Below are positions 24,513 to 37,643 of a stretch of 64,000 bases of DNA, piece after piece. How positions within the stretch are numbered: position 1 is the first letter of the stretch; each line of letters begins with the position of its first letter. Both the position numbers and the translations under genes were made by a program. Origin of the DNA: Mytilus californianus (Eukaryota); assembly GCF_021869535.1 (NCBI RefSeq), contig NW_026262712.1, forward strand, positions 38,812,001 to 38,876,000, in the 5' to 3' direction. The notes under the pieces were generated by a model. It did no database searches, was not told the origin of the DNA, and was given only the letters and a program-made list of their open reading frames with translations.

Positions 24513-27500
24513 TGGTGTTCCAGAACTTTAAGCCTGCTTATTTTATTCGGGTGACCATCCCGTCCTGCAATTAGACAAAGTGGATCGTACTTAAAACGAG
24601 ATGGAAGTACTATGAATGGAATTGACGTACTTGGAACGTAATAGGCACACGTTCTATGACGTGGTGTAGTCGGTCAGTTAATTAGATATACGTGCGCAAA
24701 CTGGCTGAGTCCGTTTGTAGCACGTTCATCCCATTCACACACAGACCCAACTCGATCTCATTACGTCGTTATTGCGTCTTAAGCATGTTTAGGTCATTAA
24801 TATACGAGCAAAACAAATTAACAAATTCTGAACAAGTAAGCAACACGTTTCAGTTCAAAACGTTGGCAGTAGGTTCTTGGTACGCTCTACTCGTTTGAGT
24901 ACGTTTATAGCGTTTTTATGCCGTTCTTAAAACCCGCACCCTGTCTGCAGTACAATCAGACACGGTTTGGTGTAAACAGAGGCCGTTTTCTCACTGGTTC
25001 ATCATTTGGTTATATGCCCAGACACATGGATAATCTTGCAGCTCTGGGGGGAAAGGAAGTGTCTTCAGTGAACGTGATTACAGTTCTATTTTGTATAGAA
25101 GGGAAATAAAATACATATTATACATGTTATAGTAACATATTTATTTTCATGCTGTACTTCATCTTATAACAATGAAAACGAATATCAATATACTATCATA
25201 AGTATCAAACGGAACAACAAACAATCCCTAACCATGTCACCATTTTCAATATTACCATTTTAAAAACACAAGATATGTAATAACCAGCACATTTGAAAAA
25301 TATATGGAAAGCGGCAAACGATAATGAGGAATGACAGAAACGTGCTGGGTTTTTATAGCCGTCAGTCCATGACGTGATGGCAATTACGTGCTGAACGCAA
25401 TAGGGACGAGATTAGGACGTGACCAGAACAAGTTAAGCTGTGAACGAGGTGATGAAGTAAGAAAATAGTAAGAACGGATTTCGGTATGAAAGGAACGAAG
25501 TAGAATTAGTTACAAAGCGCTTTAAACTGACTACAGACGGGCTTAGGATGCTTGGAAACGATGTCCTCGTGAGGTGAATGGGCAATTTTACGCGATCTGA
25601 ACTGGATATAAACTGACTGTAGACGGGATAAAGACGTGATGGACATTTTGAGAACTGTTTAAGAACTAACCAGGATCGCATTATAGAAATTGTCCGTCCA
25701 AAGCTACTCGTTCTAACCAGACCATAACCCATGTTACGTATTTTTAAGGACTGGTTTTGATGTTAAGAGAACTATTTTGGTGTGACTGAGACTTTGCCGA
25801 GTATGAAATCTTGCGTGTTAGGATTTGTTTATATAAGATGTTATTGCAATTCAATAGTTAACAAATAGTCAATGTTCCAGAACTCCGACAAGAGTTGTTA
25901 AATCATACTGAAGCTATAGTTGGATGGAAGACATATGATGGCTTTTAATCATACATACAGTATAAAGAACACTTCTTACCAAACGGCCCTAGTAGAGTTG
26001 CATCCATACCATGTCACAAAAGTGTGTAACAAACTTACGAATGTACGGACCGATAGTATTAACATGTGTTCCTTTGCAAGGGCGACGTGAACAATAAAGA
26101 TAGTTGCGGGATGTTTATCAAAGAGACACTTGCATATTGAAATTGATTCCAGTTTAGCATTTGAAACTATTCCATTCACGTGAGTCTTCTTTTGAACATA
26201 TATGTCAGTTTTCAATGAAAAGCAAACGCAACAATATCGCCCTCTTTCCCCTATCTGCATTTTACTGGAAATATAAATATTGCTGACTTATCAAACAAAT
26301 ATTATTTCATAGCAGCATTGAGTTTGTTTATTGAAGAGGACCAACAATTTTTGGGGAAACGTTTGCCACGAATGTGATGTTCGTGTAACGATAACAAATT
26401 ACTACCAAAGATGCAAGACCGGATTGGACGAAAGGTTACGCCAATCCACACTCAGTAAAGATTTTACAATGATCAGGAATATGTTACAACCGGCTAAAAT
26501 TTACAGTTAAGCTGACCATTTTCTTTTAATTCAAGATTGAAGTGTGCGAAAACATGTCGCTTTTTAGTACAGTCACAGACACATCGTACAGATCAACAAA
26601 TTGGTGATGGTGACCGTAAAACTATGAAACATCGATCTCGGTCGTTATTTTTCATACCTCTGCTGGAAAAAAAATTGGTGAAGTCAATAAAGTGTAACAT
26701 GCACGAGCGAAACGTAATATTTGAGATATGGAAACGCCATACGATAGCAAAACTTAGATGGTACATTTAAAAAATTAGAAGTTGACGATGAGAATCATGA
26801 AGTTTGTCAAATAAATGTTAGTTTAAAGTTGTATATGTATATCTGTGTCAATGCTACCAAAGAACATCATCCTTCATGTAGGCAGTGATATCGTATTCGC
26901 ATCATTCAAGTACAACACGTTGATACTAATATATTTTACTAGCAATTAACTATAGGTTCCAGCAAGTACGTTTATGCTAAAAAATGCGGCAATTATAATT
27001 CCCTTATTTTTTTTTTATTTTTCTTCATAATGCTCCATGTATAAAGGTTCCTTACATGTGGCCAAACAAGTTCCTGGCAAATTCAAAAGATTACGGATCA
27101 AGCCCCATGATGAAGGTTCCGCACGTTTATAACTTAATGTAAAAATGAGGTTTCATCATGATGACAAAAGCAATTCGAAAATTAAACAATAAGCAGACAG
27201 TTCTATAAGTTATAGCTCCAAGAAATACATAAAGGAAATTAATACAAAATCAAATTCTATTTCATAGGAGTTACTTCTCAGCAACACTTGAAAATGTATG
27301 TATTTCGTAATATATGTAGTATTGTTAGTATTTAGTGAAGGTACAGTGGATGTCGAGAACTTTTTTTACATTTTGCAATTTTTATAGGGACTGGTGAATT
27401 TCTTTCCTAAAACTCGAGTAATAAAAACAGCACAGCTTTTGAGTATTTATAGTTTGCTTAAATATACTACAAATACAGTTAGCTGCACTTAATACTTTGA

Positions 27501-29367
27501 CACAGTAGGTTTTGAACTATGAGAAATGCGAAAAAGGATAAGAACTGCACAAATAGTGAATACCTTCAAGATTATATGATACAATGAATCTTATGGTTTT
27601 TTTTTATCAGAAATTTTTAAAAATATTTTATGCCTACAACTAATGGCCTCAACTATGTGTTAATACAGTCAACATTACAAATATAGCCTCGGCTGTTTTC
27701 AAAGACAGCATATATGCTTCGCTGATTTGTACGAATTTAACCATCTAAATTACGCTGGATTCATGTTGTCTAATCGTAAGTTTTCTGCTCAGTTTTACTG
27801 ATTATTATTTGGTCTTTCCGTATTTTTTTTTAGTGAGTAGATTGTCTTTTCGTACTTTTCTTTGACATGGTGTGTTTTTCAAATTACTTGATTTATGACT
27901 TTTGATAGTTCACTTGGTGTCATCTAATGAAACAATAGCATTTCAATTTGTTAATAAAAGTAACCTTTGAATATAGACAAATAACAAAGGAACATTTAAG
28001 ATGATTTCAGTAAATCGATCTACAATGTATATCGGACCTTTGTCAACACTGGTTTGTTTATGAGTAGTCACACATGTGATACGTTGGTGTACCTTTCTTA
28101 AACAAAATGCTATAGTTTGTGTTTACGAAGTATTGTGACAAAATCATATTTTGCAATTAATTGATAGAGCCCATTGTATAGGGTTGATTAGAGTAACAAT
28201 TTTTTTTTTGCACCAGGCTACCCTACGGAACTCTCTAATTTTTGTAAGACCGAACAGTGCAGACATCGTTATACACTCCATATACAATTCATCATATTTA
28301 ATCTTCTAATTGATAATCTTATTTGAACCATTCATCAGTAATGGTCATACAAGTTTGTCTGACTTACCCCATCCCTTGATGACTTTATGGAAGAATTAGA
28401 GTCAACAGTTTTTTTGAAACGATTTAATGGAAGGAATTTCACCATGGATTCCATTTTCACCCTAAGCACTTTTTTTGCGTATCTGGCAAAACAAAATGTG
28501 TCGGAAAATACATTTGAAATATTGAAATAAGTCAAACATTGTTCTTTTTTGTATTCTACCTTCTTTATTCGGTTTGTTAAACTTGCGCCACATACACAAA
28601 ATCGATAAACCATTCTTTATGCATGTTTTTATAAACATTCGCTTTTCGTATACGTATGATTTTTTCTTTTCTACTGTTGATATCGAAATGGCTTCAACAC
28701 TGATCACTAAGTTGACTCTTAAATGAACTGTGATGTAAAAGGTAATTGTAATATTGGCAAATAAAACATAATATCAAGATACTTTAGAAATCGTACTATA
28801 TGCCAAACTCTTAATCATCCCAAGTTAGAAACGCATTCCTTTAAGTGCATGAACTGTTCATATATTTGTTTTTCCTGAAAGAAATAAAAATATTATTACA
28901 TTTTAATTTTGTATATAAATACGAAATTCAAAATTTAATGTTTCAACATTACGTGTATACGTTGAATTAAACAATTGCGTATTAATAAAAACAAGTACTA
29001 CTTGAGGAGAGTTTTACGAAAAAAGTAATACTTGAGGAGAGTTTTAAGATCAACTACTTGATTGAATACAAACGATCGGTTTTTCCGTTCTTGTGTTAGA
29101 GGTATTTCACGTAAAAGGCTATAATTTGAATTGATATTGTTTCTAATCTTCTTCTCGTACTAAAATGTCTTTGTTAAAATATTACCTCTCCTGGTCACGT
29201 TTTTGTCGTAACAATGACTTTGCAATACTTATGTATTTATAATGCATTCCGTAAGCAATAATTTCAACATGCATTGTATTCATGAATTTTAACATTTGTG
29301 ACAACTTTTGCATAAAATGCATAAATGCTCATATTATCAGTTTTACTATATATATTTCTACCTTCAG

Positions 29368-30223
29368 TTGTAGCGTTTGTAATGTTCTTAGTAAATCGAT
29401 CATCCAGTGTTGCTTCCGATGTAACAAACCAATGTGTAGCGATTGTTCTTAACGACACAAAAATGAAGCACTCCACGTCACGAACACCTTTAAACTTGGT
29501 GATTTGAGAATAGCAGATATCAATTCATTACGCGGTGGCAGATTTGTTATTGTCGATGATTGTTTTAATTTCCTGGTCAGCTGTAATATGACAGATCAGC
29601 AGGAGATATTGCAGTTGCCTGGCCAACCATGGTGTATCGCTGTTTTGGACAATACTTCCGTTGCCGTTACTTTGCCTTGGGAGAAGCGGATCTTAATTGT
29701 CCAAGTATTGCGAGATTTAACATTAACAATTTTGCAGGAAATAAGTACAAGTGAGCGATATTTTGGAATTGATTTGATACAAGAACATCTTTTGGTCGTT
29801 AGTTGTGAAAGCGATGAACTGATAGTATTGGATACTTTAGGGGAAATGCAATTTTCTGTAAAAATCGATTCCATTCCTTATTACTTCTGTACCGACAGTA
29901 AACATGTGTTTTATACTGACAACGTAAACAATAGCGTGGTCTGTTTCGATACATCAGAAAACAAAATGTTTCAAATTGTTAATCCATTCATGGAAGGACC
30001 AGATGGAATAACAACTGACGACTATGGACACTTACTAGTTATATGTACACAGTCTCACAACATATTAAAAATCAATCCTGATGACCAAAATGTTGAAGTT
30101 TTGTGCACTTTGGGATTGCATGAGTTTGATCTATCATGTGTACCACATATATGTTATGATCCAGTGGTTAAATCTATCTTATTTGGCATGAAGAACACTG
30201 TCGATTTTTTTTGCAAGCAGTAA
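29368..30223 (+). pseudogene. Terminal exon: B-box-type zinc finger followed by an NHL-like beta-propeller, with an in-frame TAA at 29450-29452
   Basis: The frame of ORF 29504-30223 extends upstream as CSVCNVLSKSIIQCCFRCNKPMCSDCS*RHKNEALH (C-x2-C...C-x2-C-x4-C-x2-C-x3-H). The downstream part has propeller-blade motifs (PGQPWCIAV, YFGI, IPYYF, GPDGITTDDYGHLLV). Acceptor ctaccttcag at 29367. A more decayed Cys-rich stretch (CDNFCIKCINAH) lies in frame just upstream. Confidence 0.65.
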
Positions 30224-31214
30224 TGTTTGAAATCTTTCTTTTGTTGATTAGATACACCTTTTGAAATATGATTTGTATTGTTTTGATAAATATTACTGTT
30301 GATTGTCATTTCTCGTTCAAAAAATTAGTGTAATGCTTTATAAGGCATTCGAATATAGTTATCGCTTAATAGTATGTCCATTGTTGGATACTCACTGAAC
30401 TGTGAATGGAGCAAAGTGACAATGTCCACATTTCTTCTTCAAAAAACGTTACAAATACGTCATTTATGTATGCCGACGGACACAAATTTACAATGAATTT
30501 AAATTCACAGGTTTTTTTTCAAATTTTTTAATTAAAAAAATAACTTCCTGTTTTTTCGACTACACAACTGAACCTGTATTTAAGGACATCAAACCCATTG
30601 TTTATCTTCCCTTAATTAAGGCTAAATGCTAATGAAAATATGTGTGTCAACTTCAATCTAAATAAAATATAATGTAATTTATCTGAGAATTGAAAATCAA
30701 ACCAACGCCATCAAAATGAATTTATATCTAGACGCCATCACAATTTCTTCGGCAACAGACGAGTGCCAGCATATAATGTAAGCTCTAAATCGGTCAAACA
30801 ACCCTTAAAAGATCGCAGTATAATCGTAATGAATTAAAAATGTTGCATAGGTCTCATCGTGAAAAGCTTACCTTGCATTTACCGCACTCACAATAAGTAA
30901 ATGTTTGAAGATTTATTGAAAGTAGATATTAAGAACTAAATAATCAAACGATTTTACAACAACTATGCACATCTCTATGTCATAATATTGTAATACAGTG
31001 CTATACATTGTTGTTGAAGATGATAATGATACAATTTGCCAAATATAAAATGTGCTTGAAACATATCGCATCGAAAGACATCGTTATCTATGAATAATTA
31101 GTCTGTCACTTACAGACAATATTTCTGATTACAGTGTGTTGTTCTCGTCCATTTTTCCCCGGTGGGGAAATAAATAGTTATGATTTTTGACGATTAGTTG
31201 TGTCCATAAAATTC

Positions 31215-31798
31215 AAAGGAGTAGACCCGGTAAGACCCCTTTTGGGGCCCAAAATAGAGCATCTTTACAAATTTGTTAAAAATGTAAACTTTCAGCTATT
31301 ATTGAAAAGAAGAATACTTTTGTTACATAAATATGGGCTGTTTTTTACAATACGGTGCACATGCATCAGATACAAGCATCATTAATGCATACAGAATAAT
31401 TGAAATCTTCACAATTTTAGCATTTGTGCTCATTTGTAGACGGTCTGGTTTTAAAAAAGAAGTGGCCGCACGTGTGTTCAGTCTTAGTATTTATATATAT
31501 GTTGCAGTTGATGATAATACATAGCATATGTAATGATTGAAACTGAACACGAATGCGGCCACTTACATTTTGGACAAAAACCGTCTGAAAAATTAAGTTT
31601 TATGGCATATTTGATAGGCTTTGCAGATTCAAGCTTGCATTTTAGCGTCTTTAATGTCCAAATCAGTTCAAATTTTTTACAGAAACTTATTGAATCGACT
31701 GAAGTAGACACTTAAGTGTTTAACAAATTTAAAAAATCTTTCATCAGATGCACTTCAAATTTTAGGCCAAAGTTAGCCCTTACCGGACCTTCTCCTTT
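31215..31798. mobile_element. MITE-like DNA element with TIRs related to 10503-11099
   Basis: aaaggagtagacccggtaagacccc... versus the reverse complement of the right end, aaaggagaaggtccggtaagggct... Confidence 0.6.
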
Positions 31799-33644
31799 AC
31801 TTGTGCTGATTGTTGATATCATTAAATGTAACGCATGTGGTCAAACAATGCAACTCGATCCGTGTTGATTTATTGGTTGCAAGAACTACTTACGACCTCC
31901 GGAGCATCTTCAACCTGATTTTATATTACGGTCACTAAACACGCACATTGAGTAAAATGATAATCATAGTGATTTTCTTCTTAAGTGCTATAATGTAAGC
32001 AGACATGAATAAGAACATAGTATGCCATGAATTCCTTTCAGAATATATAAAGTACGTTTAACATGCTTTCAAAAAAGTGGGGCCAATGATTGAAACGGTA
32101 ATATTATATTGTTTAAAATGTTTTTGTCCGTATTTGTACCTGTATTGTTTTTGTTATTTAGTATACCCAGTTTGTTTGGTAGTAAACATATATTGTTCTG
32201 TACTTTTTGTACGAGAGTAAAGAAAATGGTAAGGTATAAAAATAGTAGCTCCCCTTTTTTTAATATTTAATTATATACGAATATTGAAAAATGAACTCTC
32301 GATGTATTTTCTTCCTTATTTTGCAGGGTCTCCTGTGAATTGATCGAAACCCCCATTTTATGTCTGCGGTTTTACTGCTGTTTCATTTTCCATCGATTAC
32401 GAAATGTGTATACGCATCGTGCGACCTTTGTGTTTTTTTTTGCTACTCTTTACCTCGATTTGCACTATTGATAGCAAATTAATTTAATTGTTCTGCAAAA
32501 CCACTTGTGAGTTTTGCTGCTGACCATCTCCATACTTAAACATTGACATGCTATCGTTTTACCCGGGTTTAATATTGGATATCATTAAGTTCAATGGCAT
32601 GAAAACAAAAAGAGAAAATAAAAACCGAAAGTTAACAAAAATACAAAAGATTCAATTGATTTCAGTGGTGACCTTTTGGAGACAATAAGATCGTTTGATT
32701 TTCGTTTGATATTCTTAGTTTATTTGTTCGACTTTCTTGATTACCTTCAACATGTGCAACACCATATCGATGTTACAACCCAGCCAAATATATTTTCAGT
32801 TTAGTTATTATTGAAAGTTAATGTAAAACATATTCTTGTTTTCTAAAGTTTAAGGAACACAAACATATTGATGTGAATTAGTCAGAGCTTGTAACCAGGA
32901 AGCCCGCAACATACAGATACTTCGTATACTCATCAGCATTTCGATTGAAAGTACTAAAATATGTGCACGATATATGTAGTTGAGAATCAAATAATAAATT
33001 CAAAAAAAAAATCTTTGTAGTTTGATAAGTTTTAGTTACAATATTGAATTACCTTCTATTCCATCTGCGACTGTTTGTGTGTTTTGATCTGATACAGCAT
33101 GATATAGAAAAAGAAAATTGGTTTTGAACGTCCTTCCATTTTAAAAAGATCTGTTTTCTACATGTTCTAGTTCTTAAAATGAATTAATATCTAAACGAAA
33201 ATAGCACTTTATTATTTTAAGTGCGTTGGCAGTTTTTTTTTTGTACCTTCATAAAGGAACTCTCAAACCCAATTATTTGTAAACCAAGAATGTATAAAGT
33301 AAAATTACAAAAATACCGAACTTCAAGTAAAATTCAAAACGGAAAGACCATTACCAAATGACAAAATCAAACGCTCAAACCCATCATACGAATGGAAAAC
33401 AACTGTAACACCTAAAAACTTGAAGTTGAATGCATAATGAAGGCAGACTGAATCACTATTTCTTATTGTTCTATAAACCTGATAAACAAGTTCCTGCACA
33501 CAAGAAAGCGCTCTTACACAAACGCAATTAAAACTTAACATTTTAATATCATATCACTGCAAAAATTGTTTTTAATACATCATGTATATCGGAAAATGAC
33601 ATCTTTATCATGTGTGTTTTCTTGTATGTATTTTGTGCTGTGCC

Positions 33645-33945
33645 ACTACTGTTCAAGTAATGGGGCGGTGTTGGCTGCCCGAAAACATGTTTTAATCAGC
33701 AATATTATGTAAATGTCTGTCCCACATATCAGGAGCCTCTTAATTCAGTGGTTGTCTGTTGTTTTGTACAAAAATCCAAGCTGTTTTCTAGTTTGAATCG
33801 GTGCTTTGTATAGCTGGCTATGCACAATTGGTGTTGTTCACTGTTGAAGGCCGTACGGTGAACTACAGTTGTTAAATTCTATGTAATTTGGTCTCTGGTG
33901 CAAAGTTGTCCGATTGGCAATCATACCACATCTTCTTATCTTTTA
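33645..33945 (+). mobile_element. Degraded copy of the 7097-7450 family
   Basis: aacatgtttt...caggagcctcttaattcagtggttgtc...gaaggccgtacggtga...attggcaatcataccacatcttctt. Confidence 0.7.
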
Positions 33946-35187
33946 TATTTTATACTGTTACAATTTGCAATTGTGAAGTAATCTATTTTGTTAAATACTC
34001 TGAATGGAAATTTTTCAGCAAATAGAATAATATATACTGCAGCTGAGTTATTTGCTCAATCAAATTGCATTGACCGTATAATCATTTGTGGTATATAGTC
34101 ACTGACCGTATATCGCCTTGTTTTCGACGTTGACAATGCGTTTCCGTAGAGTTTATTGATGACGTCATTAAAAGGTACAGCTTCGTGGAATATTTACGTC
34201 GTTCGCTCTAAATTAAAAAAATGATGGGTTTTACTCTAAATATTTCATTTGGAACAGTTGTAGTTGGAACAAATTGTATTTGCACTCGGCTCAAACAGGA
34301 TAGAAGTGCTCGGCAAAGCCTCGCTTTCTACCTGTTTATAAGCCTTGTACAAATAAAATTTATATTTCGAGACAATGTATGGTTATTCTATATCTAACTA
34401 AATGTTTTTTGTCACGACTTTACATCGTTTTTTTTTTGTTCTAGAATATGTATTATACGCAAGCTGATCAATATTAAACATGTAAGAATCAAATTTATTT
34501 CTTGTGATTACAAGAATAAATCAGCATGGTAGATGGAGACCAATAACACAGCATATTAATATAAAAAAACATCTGTGATTGGTTAACCCAAAAATGATTG
34601 ATCTTCCGAATGAGTAAATGCCTTCTGCATATCAACCTAACATATGCAAATACAATTATTGTACTTTAAACTTCAACTCCGAAGACTCAGCTAATGTTGA
34701 TTAAATAGATTGGTTTCTGGTCACTGAAAATAATCACATTTTGCGAAGGTCAAGAATAATAATTCGAGATCGGAAGATAAAATCAAAGTTCTGTTCAGTA
34801 ATAAGTAAAAGACATTTTTTTACTTGTTCGTTGAAAAGAAGATATAGAGCAAATAAAAAAAAAACAAAAAACAAAAACTGGAACCCAGCAGTATAAAGAT
34901 CCAGGGAGTAATTATTTATCTTTTTCAGAGTGTTTTGTCTGATTGCTCAGTTGCTATGATCTTATCTAGTTATATTAAAATGTTAGTGTCTAAAATTGAG
35001 GACGGCTCATCGATCTTTGGATTTAAAGATATTGCATCATCTATGCTTTATTAAACACTGACATTTTCATTGGACAAAACATAATATTGTCAGGAAAAAA
35101 GCTGGTATCTACATTAAAATGTGTTGACATTTAGATGTTGTTTGAATTTTTGTCATCAAGCTGTTTACTTTGTGTCTTGTTTCATTA

Positions 35188-36695
35188 ACGCGGAGACAGC
35201 AACAGATACCAAAGGGACATTCAAACTCATAAGTCGAAATTAAACTGACAACGCCATGGCAAAAAAAAGGACCAAAAGACAAACAAAAGTAGACAATACA
35301 CATTAGAAAACAAGAAAGACCGATCAACACGAATTCAACCAAAATCCGATGGTATATCAGGTGTTCCGAAAGAGTAAGAAGTCCCTGCTCCATATGTGGC
35401 ACCCGTCGTGTTGCTCATGTAAGTACAAACCCGGTGACGAGTATAATTTGGTAGCTTATATCCGAGGAAAATTTGAAGGGATTGTAGTTACAACAATTGG
35501 GACATATCTCTCGTCATTGTGGAACAACTCGTGAAGTCATCCGCTACATTTTCGAAGGGACGATTTCACCTCAAACGCCTGGAATTGTCACAGTAATAGC
35601 TTCCTTGTTAGCAGCAATCATCTATCATGGAACATGATAGGAAATGCAAGCTCTGGCATATTGTACCAATTGGGAGATAAATAATGCATATGGAGGTGCT
35701 GCTGAATGTTGCAACATATGAATGAAAAGTTCACAATTGGGAAGCTGAACATATCTTTTTTGTCGGAAAGTGTTGTTCTCAACCTACCCTCATTGTCAAT
35801 TTCTAGATGCATGTCACGATATGAGACAGACTTAATCGATTTATGACTTTTGAACAGCGGTATACTACTGTTGCCTTTATTTAAGTGTATCTGTTGTGGC
35901 CTTATTCAAGTTCGAAAGGTCAGATCGTTTAACATATTCATCAAACTTTGATTTGATTTATTCAAGTGTTTAACGCCACTTTCAACACTGTTGGATATTA
36001 CGTGGCGGCTAGTTTTTATTGGTAATGGACGCCGGAGTGCCCAGAGAGGACCCATGACATTCTGTAGGAAAACTGGCATTCCTAGTCGATAACGATTGAA
36101 GTCGAACGCACTTGCTACGTGCGAGACTCGAACTCACTGGCTAGTGATAGAGTAATTAAACTACTTAGATCACCAAGGCGTCATCAAACTTTGGATTATG
36201 AAGTGAGAGGACACCATTTATATAGCGGAACGTGAAGTTAAAGGATAATTTTAGCTTATTTTCATTCTTTCAAAGCTCCTGTATGAAGGCAGCCTCAAAT
36301 GAATAAAGGATCAAGTCTGCAAGAAGAGGTGCACAGTTGATTCCCATGGTTATGGTGATTCTTTGCTGGAAAACAAGACCTCCAAACGTATATTGTAAAT
36401 CAAGAAATTATTGATCTTGATAATATCAGTTCCTAAACATTTTTTGTTTGAATAAGAGTGATTTTTACAAAATACGATTACTCCAAGATACTTGTATCTA
36501 CGTTGGCCATTCCTTTGGATGAAACAAAGCAGGACTAATTCTTTCAATTTATCTATAAGTGTGGAATGAGGATTACTTGTGTGAGGGTAGAGAAGTAAAA
36601 TGTTCTTGTACTATATCAAGATGAAAGAGTCTTAGATTGTATGTACTTTAACATATCTTTGGAATGTGTTAGTATCCACATCTTATTAAATTGCT
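35188..36695 (-). mobile_element. Longer decayed lineage-2 Penelope-like element with two nested insertions
   Basis: Homologous to 23690-24512 and extends upstream through MGINCAPLLADL and an FSTLYTSIPH-like remnant near 36560-36600; interrupted at ~35836-35880 and 35951-36180. Confidence 0.8.
35951..36180 (-). mobile_element. tRNA-derived SINE inserted in the lineage-2 RT with a 13-bp TSD
   Basis: TCATCAAACTTTG at 35938-35950 and 36181-36193; B-box-like GAGTTCGAGTC on the minus strand; (aaatc)n-like tail. Confidence 0.8.
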
Positions 36696-37187
36696 GTTTA
36701 AACAGTATGAATTTATATAACATATAATTAGTTTGCTAGATAGATAATTATTTTATCTTCGTTTTAAGGCTTACCAAGACATCCGTTTCTCAATCAGTTA
36801 TCTTCCTTCAGATCATCGACGACACGCTAATCGATATCATTCATAACATCATTATTATTATCATTCATATCGACATATCGTTCATCTAAAGTTTTTGTAT
36901 TGTGTGCCTTATGATAGGGCATATTGGCTTGATAGAAAAAATGTAGAGGTTTTGACACATACAACCGGTTTAAACTTGTATATCTACCACAGTTTGTACC
37001 TGAGCAGAGTCAAGCTATCTGGACTATGCACTGTTCGTTGTTCCTTGTATTTCTTTTTTTTGGGTCGTAGGATGATGGAGGTGAGGGTGTTCTGTTGAAC
37101 TGTCCAATGTATTTGCTAACTCCTGTCATCTTTTTTGCAAATTATTAGTAAACGACGTTTCGGTTTGTGGGTATTGATGATGTAATA

Positions 37188-37643
37188 AAATAAAATTGAG
37201 AAGGGAAATGGGGAATGTGTCAAAGAGACAACAACCCGACCAAAGAGCATAAAACAGCCCAAATCCACCAATGGGTCTTCAACACAGAGAGACAATTCCG
37301 CACCCGGAGGCGGGATTCAGCTGGCCCCTAAACAAAAATGTGAACTAGTTCAGTGAAAATGAAACGTCACACTAAACTCCTAAACATATAAATGAACTAA
37401 AATTAAAAAAAAACACAACACTAACAAAGGCCAGAGGCTCCTGACTTGGGACAGGCGCAAAAATGCGGCGGGAATAAATATGTTTTGTGAGATCTCAACC
37501 CTCCCCCTATAACTCTAGCCGATGGCGAATAAACAAACACATAGCAATACGCACAGTAAAACTCAGTTTAAAAGAAGTCCGAGTCCAATGTCAGAATAGG
37601 TAACAGAAGAAACTAAGCAAAATGACAATGATACATACATTAA
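37188..37643 (-). mobile_element. 3' tail of lineage-1 element, shorter 5'-truncated copy
   Basis: Near-identical to 2175-2623; same 3' end, different 5' breakpoint. Confidence 0.85.

Noticed and set aside
28217-28243. 27-nt phase 1-1 candidate exon in the HEPN gene
   Set aside because: Plausible splice signals but too short to support, and it does not solve the phase 1-to-2 gap.
28335-28707. Overlapping minus-strand ORFs with some Cys residues
   Set aside because: No recognisable domain; possibly decayed transposon sequence but unsupported.
28995-29055. 30-bp direct duplication (tacttgaggagagtttta)
   Set aside because: Two copies only; an ordinary local slippage duplication.
32915-32945. 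CTGATGAG-TATA-CGAAG on the minus strand as a hammerhead
   Set aside because: GAAA is altered and no stem I or stem III can be formed.
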